Positions 31,958 to 42,120 are shown, counted from the first letter of the stretch. The stretch: DNA of 64,000 nt from an uncultured candidate division Zixibacteria bacterium (GCA_963817915.1 CAWFQL010000017.1:32001-96000), one strand, 5' to 3'. Made by a program: numbers and translations. Notes: a model not told the origin generated them from the sequence alone.

Positions 31958-33844
31958 ATGAAAAATATGAAACCGGAAGATATTAAGGTAATTCTGGCCA
32001 CCGATTGCGGTTCCACGACTACCAAAGCTATACTTATAGAATATCACGATGGCGAATATCGGCTGATCGTGCGCGGCGAGGCCCCTACCACAGTCGAGGC
32101 GCCATTCGAGGATGTCACCATGGGTGTCCTCAATGCTATTGGTGAAGTGGAAGAGCTTTCCGGACGAAAAATACTCGATGAGAATAATAAAATTATTTCG
32201 CCTGCCACCGACGGCACTGGCAAAAAGATAGGCACCGACATATACGTATCAACCTCATCCGCTGGCGGCGGCTTGCAGATGATGGTCGCTGGTGTGGTTC
32301 GCTCGATGACTGCCGAATCGGCCGAACGTGCCGCATTAGGTGCGGGCGCAATCGTTATGGATGTTATCGCATCCAATGACAAACGGCTTCCGCATCAGCA
32401 GATCGAACGAATCCGACATCTGCGTCCTGATATGATTCTGCTTTCAGGCGGTATCGATGGCGGCACGACCACCCACGTAGTTGAATTAGCCGAATTGATT
32501 TCGGCAGCGGATCCCAAGCCCCGTCTTGGCTCAGGTTATAAGCTGCCAATCATCTACGCCGGTAATAAGGAAGCCCGCGGCCCGGTCAAAGATTCATTGG
32601 GCAATAAAACGAATTTAGATATAGTCGATAATCTCCGCCCGGTCCTCGAACGAGAAAACCTGCTCCCGGCCCGCGAAAAAATCCATGACCTATTCATGGA
32701 GCATGTTATGGCGCAGGCTCCCGGATATCGCAGATTGATGGAATGGACCGATGCTCCCATCATGCCTACACCCGGCGCTGTCGGCCTTATTATTAAGCGT
32801 GTCGCCGATGAGATGAAGATCGAAGCGGTTGGTGTCGATATCGGCGGAGCCACGACCGATGTGTTTTCGGTATTTCGTCCCGCAGACAAGCCTGAAGGCG
32901 TCTTCAATCGAACCGTATCGGCAAATTTAGGCATGAGCTATTCGGTCTCCAATGTTTTCGCCGAGGCGACCTTGCCCAATGTCATGCGCTGGGTGCCATT
33001 CGATATGGATGAACGCGATCTGCGCAATCGTGTCAAAAATAAAATGATTCGTCCCACAACAATTCCGCAGATGCTTGAAGAACTGATTTTCGAACAGGCG
33101 ATTGCAAAAGAAGCGTTGAGGCTGGCCTTTATTCAGCATAAATCATTCGCCACCGAGCTCAAGGGTGTCCAACAGCAGAGAACCATCGCCGACGCCTTCG
33201 AGCAGACATCAGCCGGTGCGACATTGGTCAATATGATGACTCTCGATATTTTGATAGGTTCCGGTGGAGTGCTTTCACATGCCCCGCGCCGCCAGCAATC
33301 GGCCTTGATGCTTATCGACGCTTTCCAGCCCGAAGGTATCACTCGTCTGGCCGTTGATTCCATTTTCATGATGCCTCAGCTCGGCGTGCTTTCGGTGGTT
33401 CATTCCAAAGCGGCGACCGAAGTGTTCAACAAAGATTGTCTGATTCATCTCGGCAGCTGTGTCGCGCCATCGGGCGAGGGCGGCAAGGAAGGCCGCGAGA
33501 TGATGGATTATAAAATCGAATTCCCCGACGGCAAAGTCGAACAAGGCAAACTGATGTACGGCCAGATGAAACGATTCCCATTGGGAATAGGCCCCGATTC
33601 ATTGCCGCTCAAGGCCAAGGCGACACTCAATCCCGGACGTGCTTTCGATCTCGGCAAGGGGAAAGGCGCTGGATTTACTACCGAGCTTTCCGGCGGCGTT
33701 ACCGGTATTATTCTCGATGGGCGCGGGAGGCCGTTCGACCTGCCGACCGATCCCAAGATAAGGGTCGCCAAGCTCAAGGAGTGGATGATCGAACTTGATA
33801 TCTACCCCAAAGAGGGATTAGAGCATATCACGAAGCAGTACTAA
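31958..33844 (+). CDS. glmL: Glutamate mutase L (GlmL/MutL-like) ASKHA ATPase, putative B12-mutase reactivase
   Basis: DCGSTTTK, EAPTTVE, STSSAGGGL, LSGGIDGG, MPTPGAV, DIGGATTD, RTVSANLG, GSGGVLSH, IILDGRGRP. Confidence 0.8.
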   Translation: MKNMKPEDIKVILATDCGSTTTKAILIEYHDGEYRLIVRGEAPTTVEAPFEDVTMGVLNAIGEVEELSGRKILDENNKIISPATDGTGKKIGTDIYVSTSSAGGGLQMMVAGVVRSMTAESAERAALGAGAIVMDVIASNDKRLPHQQIERIRHLRPDMILLSGGIDGGTTTHVVELAELISAADPKPRLGSGYKLPIIYAGNKEARGPVKDSLGNKTNLDIVDNLRPVLERENLLPAREKIHDLFMEHVMAQAPGYRRLMEWTDAPIMPTPGAVGLIIKRVADEMKIEAVGVDIGGATTDVFSVFRPADKPEGVFNRTVSANLGMSYSVSNVFAEATLPNVMRWVPFDMDERDLRNRVKNKMIRPTTIPQMLEELIFEQAIAKEALRLAFIQHKSFATELKGVQQQRTIADAFEQTSAGATLVNMMTLDILIGSGGVLSHAPRRQQSALMLIDAFQPEGITRLAVDSIFMMPQLGVLSVVHSKAATEVFNKDCLIHLGSCVAPSGEGGKEGREMMDYKIEFPDGKVEQGKLMYGQMKRFPLGIGPDSLPLKAKATLNPGRAFDLGKGKGAGFTTELSGGVTGIILDGRGRPFDLPTDPKIRVAKLKEWMIELDIYPKEGLEHITKQY

Positions 33845-33850
33845 ACTGAC

Positions 33851-33885
33851 AAGCCGCCGGATTGAAAATGAAGGCGGCTTTTTTT
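33851..33885 (+). terminator. Rho-independent terminator after the glmL-like gene
   Basis: AAGCCGCC-loop-GGCGGCTT followed by a T tract. Confidence 0.7.
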
Positions 33886-33891
33886 AATTTT

Positions 33892-33922
33892 GTTGCGTGT
33901 CAAAGCTTGCTTTGACCGCAAC
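33892..33922 (+). repeat. Left REP flanking the RAYT gene
   Basis: GTTGCGTGTCAAAG-CTTG-CTTTGACCGCAAC, a palindrome with one bulged base. Confidence 0.85.
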
Positions 33923-33931
33923 CTTTAAGCC

Positions 33932-34483
33932 ATGAAAAGAAGAAGAAATTTAATAGATGATTCAATTAATCCGATTTTTATTACCACCACTATTACAAAT
34001 TGGATCCCAGTGTTTGGAATTAATGATCTATGCCTTGAAGCACTCCAAATCTTCAACAAGCAATGCGAGGAACTGAAGACAAAGGTCTTCGCCTATGTTT
34101 TAATGCCGAATCATTTTCATTGTATTATTCAATCATCTAACAAGGGTGATGTCTCTTTATTAATGCAGAGATGGAAAAGCCTAACCGCAAGAAAGATTAT
34201 CGCATATTGTTTACACAACAAACGTGATTGGTTGAATAGATTTGCTAATGCGGCAGGCAAATACAAAAGGCAAAAAGATGAGTCTTATCAGGTATGGTTG
34301 CCTAGGTTTGACGATTTCGCTATCAGGGATGAAGATCAATTTCTAACCAAACTCAATTATATTCATGGCAATCCTTTGAAGCATAATTTAGTCGATGAGT
34401 GTAGTAAATATAAATTCAGTAGTTTCTCGAACTATCATGGTGGAGATAATTCCTATATTAAAATTACAAAATTCAGGGAGTAG
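33932..34483 (+). mobile_element. REP-associated tyrosine transposase (RAYT/TnpA-REP, HUH Y1 family)
   Basis: FITTT, AYVLMPNHFH (HUH), VW.PRFDD..IR, LNYIHGNP (catalytic Tyr), YKFSS; flanked by inverted palindromes. Confidence 0.88.
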
Positions 34484-34487
34484 TTGG

Positions 34488-34518
34488 ATTGCGGTCGAAG
34501 TAAACTTCGACACGCAAT
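34488..34518 (-). repeat. Right REP flanking the RAYT gene, inverted relative to the left one
   Basis: ATTGCGGTCGAAG-TAAA-CTTCGACACGCAAT, which reads TGCGTGTC..GACCGCA on the minus strand. Confidence 0.85.
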
Positions 34519-34607
34519 AAAGAATTCTAACCCCAAACCCCACTTCTCATAGGAGAGGGGAGAGTCACATTCGCTTGTTGTGGTGAGGTAATTAATGAAA
34601 GGATATT

Positions 34608-35045
34608 ATGAAATGGATCACACGTTCTAATGTCAAAGTCGATCGGGTTGCGTGCCCATGGCTGATAAAAAAAATCATCGACCCCAAGGCCGAATTCATC
34701 TTTGTGCCTAAGGAGCAGGTTATGGAAACAGCCGCGAAAGAGGGCGCGATCCCATACGACTACCCCGATGTGGAATTAGGGCATCACGAAGGCAAATGCA
34801 GTTTCGAGGCGATTGTGGCGAAATATCAGATCAAAGACCCGGCGATTCTAATGCTGGCGCAGATCGTGCATGGCGCCGATGTCTCCAATGATTTATATGG
34901 CCGCCCGGAGGCTCCCGGCCTGGAGGCGATCGCCCATGGTTTCGCCATGTTAGGTTTGAAGGATGATCACGAGATTCTAGCGAAGGAGTTTATTGTTTAC
35001 GATGCTCTCTACGCCTATTGCCAAAAAAAGATAAGCGAAAAATAA
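34608..35045 (+). CDS. Chromate resistance ChrB C-terminal-domain protein
   Basis: MKWITR..KVDRVACPWLI..IDP.AEF, H..GKCSFE, IVHGAD, PEAPGL, YDALY. Confidence 0.85.
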   Translation: MKWITRSNVKVDRVACPWLIKKIIDPKAEFIFVPKEQVMETAAKEGAIPYDYPDVELGHHEGKCSFEAIVAKYQIKDPAILMLAQIVHGADVSNDLYGRPEAPGLEAIAHGFAMLGLKDDHEILAKEFIVYDALYAYCQKKISEK

Positions 35046-35055
35046 TAATATATAA

Positions 35056-35253
35056 TGCGAGTCAGGGCTTGCCCTGACCGCCCCAAACCTGTCATTCCGC
35101 ATCCGTCGGTCGCCGGACTGAAGACAGCTTGACGCGGAATCCAGTCACATTATCGTCGGGTCAGGCGACCCGACGACATTAATTGGGTGGCAGTCGTACT
35201 CGACTGCCCCGAAGATAAGACGCCTTAGGGGCAGCCAGGGATGGCTGCCGCCC
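35056..35253. repeat. Mosaic REP cluster of four families
   Basis: TGCGAGTCAGGGCTTGCCCTGACCGC (35056-35081); GTCATTCCGCA[26-nt insert]CTTGACGCGGAATCC (35091-35142); CGTCGGGTCAGGCGACCCGACG (35154-35175); inverted doublet GGGTGGCAGTCG..CGACTGCCCC / GGGGCAGCCA..TGGCTGCCGCCC (35185-35253). Confidence 0.88.
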
Positions 35254-35271
35254 AGCGGTACAAGATTTCTT

Positions 35272-35691
35272 TTACACCAATTTCGCGTTCAGTTTTATTT
35301 CAACAGCCGCTAATGCCTGCGAGACCGGGCATCCCTTCTTGGTGGCCTCAGCGATTTCCATAAACTTCTTGTTGTCGATGCCCGGGACATTGGCGACTGT
35401 GTCGAGCTCAATCAATGTAATCTTGAATCCTTCGGGAAGTTTATCCAGATACACCTTTGCTGTCGTCGTCACATTCTTGGGTGTGAATCCGGCTGTAGCC
35501 AGCCCGTGCGACAACGCCATCGAATAGCATCCGGCGTGCGCGGCGGCGATCATTTCCTCGGGATTGGTGCCCTTGCCATTCTCGAAACGTGATGTGAATG
35601 AATACGCGCCCTCGAAACCTCCGAATTTCACTGTCCCTTTGCCCTGGGGTAGATTCCCCTCCCATACCGCATTACCTGTTCGAATCAGCAT
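35272..35691 (-). CDS. osmC: OsmC family peroxiredoxin
   Basis: W.G.L..GKG, YSF.SRFE, GTNPEEMIAAAHAGCYSMALS, KKGCPVS. Confidence 0.92.
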   Translation of the reverse strand: MLIRTGNAVWEGNLPQGKGTVKFGGFEGAYSFTSRFENGKGTNPEEMIAAAHAGCYSMALSHGLATAGFTPKNVTTTAKVYLDKLPEGFKITLIELDTVANVPGIDNKKFMEIAEATKKGCPVSQALAAVEIKLNAKLV

Positions 35692-35795
35692 AATTATCTC
35701 CTTGTTTTCTGAATCATATAATCATTTTTCCATAGAGTCAAAACCTTAATATGGAGCAGGAGGTTCCTGAAAGGGCACGATGCGAAATCTACCCA

Positions 35796-36079
35796 AAGCT
35801 TGTCATTCCGCACTTGTTGCGGAATCTTGCGTGATATATTTTCGGTTTTGAAATCTATTATTTGTATTCGAGCATATGAATTTAGATTCCCGCATTCGCG
35901 GGAATGACAATGTGGGGAAGCTTGTCATTCCGCACTTGTTGCGGAATCTTGCGTGATATATTTTCGGTTTTGAAATCTATTATTTGTATTCGAGTATATG
36001 AATTTAGATTCCCGCATTCGCGGGAATGACAATGTGGGGAAGCTTGTCATTCCGCACTTGTTGCGGAATCTTGCGTGAT
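35796..36079. repeat. 122-bp tandem repeat (two full units plus a partial third) of a GTCATTCC palindrome doublet
   Basis: Palindrome A GTCATTCCGCACTTGTTGCGGAATC at 35802, 35924 and 36046; inverted palindrome B GATTCCCGCATTCGCGGGAATGAC at 35885 and 36007; the two full units differ by one C/T. Confidence 0.95.
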
Positions 36080-36099
36080 CCTTTTCAGTCGAAAAAAAA

Positions 36100-36384
36100 T
36101 TACAATTCATCATATAAGTCATTCCATTGAGGATTAGACCTTTCAATTGTATTGATCTTCCATTGTCTCCGCCATTTCTTCATACGTTTTTCCCGTTGGA
36201 TCGCCGAATACACATCTTCGGTTGCTTCGAAATATACAAGTTTATGAATATGATACCTTTTTGTAAATCCATCAAAAAGGCCATTCTTATGCTCGTATAC
36301 TCGTCTTTTAAGATCGTTGGTCATTCCAACATATAAAATGCCATTTTTAGCGCTTGCCATTATGTAAATGTAATAGGTTTTCGT
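36100..36384 (-). CDS. Small stand-alone GIY-YIG nuclease family protein; the expected start codon reads ACG
   Basis: YYIYIMAS..LYVGMTNDLKRRVYEHK..GFTKRY..LVYFE..AIQREK.MKKW.R.WK..IE..NP.W.DL; the ORF-track extension to 36435 merely translates palindrome B. Confidence 0.88.
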   Translation of the reverse strand, partial: TKTYYIYIMASAKNGILYVGMTNDLKRRVYEHKNGLFDGFTKRYHIHKLVYFEATEDVYSAIQREKRMKKWRRQWKINTIERSNPQWNDLYDEL

Positions 36385-36401
36385 ATAGCCAAATAAAATT
36401 A

Positions 36402-36465
36402 GATTCCCGCATTCGCGGGAATGACAAGGTAGCAAAACCTGTCATTCCGCATTTATTGCGGAATC
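36402..36465. repeat. Palindromes B and A' upstream of the GIY-YIG gene
   Basis: GATTCCCGCATTCGCGGGAATGAC (36402-36425), GTCATTCCGCATTTATTGCGGAATC (36441-36465); a decayed B at ~36900-36924. Confidence 0.92.
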
Positions 36466-36471
36466 TATCTG

Positions 36472-36834
36472 TCACTGTATCCTGATCGGATTTCCGGAGC
36501 CTCTGAAAATAAAATACGCGGCCGCAACCAGGCACAAAGTCGCCCAGAGAAAATCGGTCTTGATCTGCTCTTTCATATAAACAATCGAGAATATCGCGAA
36601 AACACACATCGTAATAATTTCCTGAATCACCTTCAATTGCCCGAGCGAGAAATGCTCACGTCCGATACGATTTGCCGGCACCTGCAGGCAGTATTCGAAA
36701 AACGCCACTCCCCAACTGAGGATAATTACAAAATATAATGGTTTGCTCCGAAAATCCTTCAGATGCCCATACCAGGCATATGTCATGAATAGATTCGAAA
36801 AAGATAGCAATACTATGGTTGTCAGCCCAGTCAT
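36472..36834 (-). CDS. Small DMT-superfamily membrane protein (DUF486-like)
   Basis: SNLFMTYAWYGHLK, SWGVAFFEYCLQVPANRIG, QLKVIQE; RBS GGAGG. Confidence 0.88.
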   Translation of the reverse strand: MTGLTTIVLLSFSNLFMTYAWYGHLKDFRSKPLYFVIILSWGVAFFEYCLQVPANRIGREHFSLGQLKVIQEIITMCVFAIFSIVYMKEQIKTDFLWATLCLVAAAYFIFRGSGNPIRIQ

Positions 36835-36959
36835 ATGTTGTCCTCCAAGTTATTGCGGGATAATTCAAATCTGATAAAATTCGTTTTATTAGCGAATTTG
36901 GATTGCTGTTTTCGCGGGAATGACAGACAACTTGTCTGCCGCCTTGATATGGTCTTGCT

Positions 36960-37843
36960 TTAAACTTAATAGTAAATCACCACTTAGATTGCTGTATTGC
37001 GTCCCAATATTGGTTAGAATGAATCTTCGTTTTTGAAATCGATATAGAATTGGTCTTTACCTTTAATATTCGAGGGCCAATAAGCTACTCAAATAAGCTA
37101 TCTACAAGATCCATCCTGTTCGCATAAAGCATAATTGAAAATTACACGGATAAAATCAGTCGAGGGAAATAAATTTCTTTTGCTAGGGGGTCGTAGTCAG
37201 CTGTTTGTGCTATCATAGGTATTCCAATATAACGCAAATCCTCGGCCGCTCTATTCACTATATAATTCGAAAATTGAAAATTAGCTATTCTGTATTTTTT
37301 GCCGTCCCATTTCCAGATTTGCAGAGGGTGGGGGATTCTGCGCGTTGTTTCTTCCAACAAGTGAACCAGGTATCATAAAATATGATCTCGGGAATCGAGT
37401 CCGTATCCAAATCCGCAAAATCAACATGTGCTCGATCAAAAAATCGACTATCCTTAATTACAATAGAATCGCCCACAGAATAGACATATACATCAGCGCA
37501 GCAATGCTGGCCCCCGTCATTACATTGGAAAATAATTTCCTTTATTCCATCGGAATCAATATCACGACAATACTGATGTTGGATTCCAGATGAGCGGTTT
37601 TCATTGAAGTCGTAAAGCCTAACGAATTCATCCTGTATGTGCTTAATTATTGTATCTCCATTAATTATTTTGAGATCATAAGGAAAAAGCCGTTCGTCAT
37701 AAATTCGGCGATAACTTAAGAATCCGGTATAATTATCTATATTAAAAGTATCTACTGCAACTGTCTTAAAATCAAAATATCATTGTTGATGGATCAAAGC
37801 AGGAAACCAAGATCATAAGTGTAGTATTATTGTCATAAATCAT
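36960..37843 (-). pseudogene. Fragmented hypothetical gene (several frameshifts); boundaries approximate
   Basis: Colinear minus-strand fragments DIDSDGIKEIIF..GGQHCC..FADLDTDSIPEIIF..P..IWKWDGKKY in different frames. Confidence 0.45.
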
Positions 37844-37894
37844 ATTTCCTACGCCGTCAGAAATCCCTTCCGACGGTGACGTTGGCCATTCTCC

Positions 37895-39208
37895 CTACTT
37901 CACCTTCGCGCCTATCATCTCCACCAACTCCGCGATTTTGTGACGGGTCTGCTGCATGCTGTCGCGCTCGCGGACTGTGACGGTATCATCCTGCAAGGTC
38001 TGGCCATCGACCGTGATGCAATACGGCGTGCCTGCCTCATCCATGCGTCTGTACCGACGGCCCACAGCGCCGCCATCATCGTAGAAGACTTTGAAATGCT
38101 TCTTGAGATCGTGATAAATTTTATCGGCTACTTCCGGCATGCCATCCTTTTTCACCAACGGGAACACGGCCGCCTTGATCGGCGCAATCTTCGGCGATAA
38201 CGCCAGAGATACCCGCTGTTCGCCCTTGACCTCTTCCTCGCGATAGGCATCGACCAGACATACCAGTGTCGAACGGTCGGCACCGGCCGAGGTTTCGATT
38301 ATAAAGGGAATATATTTCTCATTGGCTTCCTGATCGAAATAGCTCAAGTCCTTGCCGGACGCGTTGGCGTGGCGTGAGAGATCAAAGTCGGTGCGGTTAT
38401 GGATACCCTCGATCTCTTTCCATCCGAATGAAAACTCGTATTCGATATCATAAGCGGCCTTGGCATAATGAGCCAACTCGTCCTTGCCATGCTCATGCCA
38501 GCGAAGCTTCTGCGTATTGATGCCGATTTCGACATACCATTGCCAGCGCTGTTCTTTCCAATAGTCGAACCATTTCTGGTCTTCGGCGGGCTTGACAAAA
38601 AACTGCATCTCCATCTGCTCGAATTCGCGCGTGCGGAAAATAAAATTGCCGGGCGTGATTTCATTGCGGAAGGCCTTGCCGATCTGGGCAATCCCGAATG
38701 GCACTTTCTGGCGCGATGGCTGAAGGACATTGAGGAAATTAACATAAATTCCCTGAGCGGTCTCGGGGCGCATATAGACAATCGCCGTTTCATCCTCGAC
38801 CGGCCCCATGAACGTTTTGAACATCAGATTGAACATACGCGGCTCTGTCAGCTCGCCGCCGCAATCGGGGCAGGCCTTGGTATCGATCTGATCGGCTCTG
38901 AAACGATGCTTGCATTTTTTGCAATCGACCATCGGATCGGTGAAACCCGCTATATGTCCCGACGCTTCCCAGACCTTGGGATGCATTAGAATCGCGGCAT
39001 CGAGACCCTCGATATCATCGCGGCGGTGAGTCATCGCCTCCCACCAGAAACGTTTGATATTATTTTTCAATTCGACACCCAACGGGCCGTAATCCCAGCA
39101 TGAGCCGAGTCCGCCGTATATTTCGGATGATTGGAATACGAATCCGCGTCGTTTACAGAGCGATACGATTTTTTCCATCAATGGGTCGGTTGTGATTTTC
39201 TTTGCCAC
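37895..39208 (-). CDS. glyQS: Glycine-tRNA ligase (homodimeric type)
   Basis: [55 protein letters not shown]. Confidence 0.96.
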   Translation of the reverse strand: MAKKITTDPLMEKIVSLCKRRGFVFQSSEIYGGLGSCWDYGPLGVELKNNIKRFWWEAMTHRRDDIEGLDAAILMHPKVWEASGHIAGFTDPMVDCKKCKHRFRADQIDTKACPDCGGELTEPRMFNLMFKTFMGPVEDETAIVYMRPETAQGIYVNFLNVLQPSRQKVPFGIAQIGKAFRNEITPGNFIFRTREFEQMEMQFFVKPAEDQKWFDYWKEQRWQWYVEIGINTQKLRWHEHGKDELAHYAKAAYDIEYEFSFGWKEIEGIHNRTDFDLSRHANASGKDLSYFDQEANEKYIPFIIETSAGADRSTLVCLVDAYREEEVKGEQRVSLALSPKIAPIKAAVFPLVKKDGMPEVADKIYHDLKKHFKVFYDDGGAVGRRYRRMDEAGTPYCITVDGQTLQDDTVTVRERDSMQQTRHKIAELVEMIGAKVK

Positions 39209-39256
39209 GATTATCTCCTAAAGTAAGCGATTATTTTTCCATGTTAACGGCGCGTT

Positions 39257-39476
39257 GCGTCGGTTACGGCGACCCAACGCCACGAATCAAATGGTTTGAA
39301 ATTTGCGTGTCAGGGCTTGCCCTGACCGCAAAACATCATTCTCAGCGTCATTGCGAGGCCGCCAAAGGCGGCCGAAGCAATCTGTGGGTAGCCCATCCTT
39401 CAGATTGCTTCGTCGCCCGGCAGCTGCCGGACTCCTCGCAATGACCATGTCGGGCGAGGGAACCTCGCCTGACTAC
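39257..39476. repeat. Mosaic REP cluster between recO and glyQS
   Basis: TGCGTGTCAGGGCTTGCCCTGACCGCA (39304-39330); doublet CGTCATTGCGAG..GAAGCAATCTG / CAGATTGCTTCG..CTCGCAATGAC (39346-39445); GTAG-type REP on the minus strand (39448-39476). Confidence 0.9.
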
Positions 39477-39500
39477 AGGAATTTATCCAATCTTTCCACA

Positions 39501-40292
39501 TCATTCATGCCTGCCGAAATCGATCAAGGCCTCGAGGAATTTAAACGATTTCAGGTTGCGGGGCAAGCCCAGATGATACCCCGCGAATGATAATATCACC
39601 TCGGCCGCCTCTTTGCCGGTGCGTTTGTCTATGATAATATTCGCGATTTCGGTCAATGGCATGGATTCCATCTGATGCAGCAGTTTTAAAGCAGATTCGG
39701 AAATCATGGCCGTCGGTTCATCCGGCTCGATACATTTGACACAGATCAGCCCGCCTCGTTCGACCGAGATATGCGGCTTTTGGGATTTATCATTGAATTT
39801 TATCTCACTGCCGCATGATACACACGCGTTCAATTGCGGCGCGCAGCCTTCAATGGCAAGCAATCTCATCAACGCGCTCCAGAATAAAAGCCCCGATGAT
39901 TCCGATTTTGATAATTGCAGCGACTTGAAATACTCGAATGTCAACATGAATGTTTGCTGATGGGGTTCTTCGGCGTGCGATATTTTATCGAGTATCTCAC
40001 ACCAGGCCGAGGCGAAACCGTATTTGCGGGGATCGAATGTCAGTCCTCTAAAGTCTTCAATCAGCGATGCGCCGCTTATAATTCCGAGCTCTGTTGTCTC
40101 CTTTTTATAGAAATCGCCTTCAATCAGATTGAATAATTCAATTTTGCCCGTGAGCTTGGATTTTGGCTGAGAGATCCCCTTGGCGACTCCCTTAATTTTG
40201 CCAAGGTCTCTGGAGAAAAAAGTAACCACCCGGGAGGATTCCCCCATCCGGGTGGCTCGTATTATAAATGCCTCAATTTTGAAGCGGCTCAT
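39501..40292 (-). CDS. recO: DNA repair protein RecO
   Basis: GESSRVVTFFS...GKI.GVAKG, zinc finger CVSC...CVKC, LKS..FL C-terminus. Confidence 0.9.
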   Translation of the reverse strand: MSRFKIEAFIIRATRMGESSRVVTFFSRDLGKIKGVAKGISQPKSKLTGKIELFNLIEGDFYKKETTELGIISGASLIEDFRGLTFDPRKYGFASAWCEILDKISHAEEPHQQTFMLTFEYFKSLQLSKSESSGLLFWSALMRLLAIEGCAPQLNACVSCGSEIKFNDKSQKPHISVERGGLICVKCIEPDEPTAMISESALKLLHQMESMPLTEIANIIIDKRTGKEAAEVILSFAGYHLGLPRNLKSFKFLEALIDFGRHE

Positions 40293-40302
40293 CGGATGAA
40301 CA

Positions 40303-40665
40303 CTATCGTGCCCGAGCGGCTCTAACAGAATCGGTCGGCACGAATTGGATTACATTCTGATCCGGGCGGGCATAGCCGTATTTCTGGACAGCATATTTCT
40401 GGATATATTCGGGATCGTTTTTCATTTTATCGATTTCCCAGAGAGCATCCTGCCGTTCGAGCTTGAGAACAAGAATATCTTTCTCCAATTTTTCGATCTT
40501 TTTAGTCAATACCCACATCCTGAAAAATCCGAACTCTCCCCAGAAAAATGATATTGTCAGAAATACCACGGCCACGGTAATCGCGAACATTTTGAATTTT
40601 GATTTGAATCCGGGGCTTTTGACCCGATTGGAAAATCGTTTTGTAACTCTCGGATAATCCGCCAT
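40303..40665 (-). CDS. Septum formation initiator (FtsB/DivIC family)
   Basis: TM helix, coiled coil, DPEYIQKYA...GYARP; directly downstream of eno. Confidence 0.8.
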   Translation of the reverse strand: MADYPRVTKRFSNRVKSPGFKSKFKMFAITVAVVFLTISFFWGEFGFFRMWVLTKKIEKLEKDILVLKLERQDALWEIDKMKNDPEYIQKYAVQKYGYARPDQNVIQFVPTDSVRAARAR

Positions 40666-40669
40666 ATGT

Positions 40670-41980
<1,311 letters not shown>

Positions 41981-42000
41981 TCAATTTTTCTAACAATTCA

Positions 42001-42028
42001 ATTTTATCATCAATTATTGAATAGTCAA
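42001..42028 (-). promoter_or_regulatory. Candidate eno promoter TTGACT-N16-TAAAAT
   Basis: agtcaa at 42023-42028 and atttta at 42001-42006 on the + strand; GGGAGG RBS upstream of eno. Confidence 0.5.
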
Positions 42029-42120
42029 TGGATTTTTGAAATCCAGTTTCTAAAGCGACCGTTATAGTTATCGGATGAAAAAAGTTAAAAGAGATTAATT
42101 ATATCTAAGGCAATCATTGC

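Noticed and set aside
33932..34483. IS200/IS605 insertion sequence
   Set aside because: No tnpB is present, the motifs (W.PRFDD..IR, YIH.NP) are RAYT-like, and the flanks are inverted members of a dispersed REP family.
34529..34564. CCCC..TCTC-ATAG-GAGAGGGG hairpin as another repeat family or terminator
   Set aside because: Single degenerate copy in the window with no T tract; insufficient support.
35796..36079. CRISPR array
   Set aside because: The spacers are identical except for one base, two different palindromes alternate, the period is 122 bp, and there are no cas genes; this is a tandem palindrome-doublet repeat.
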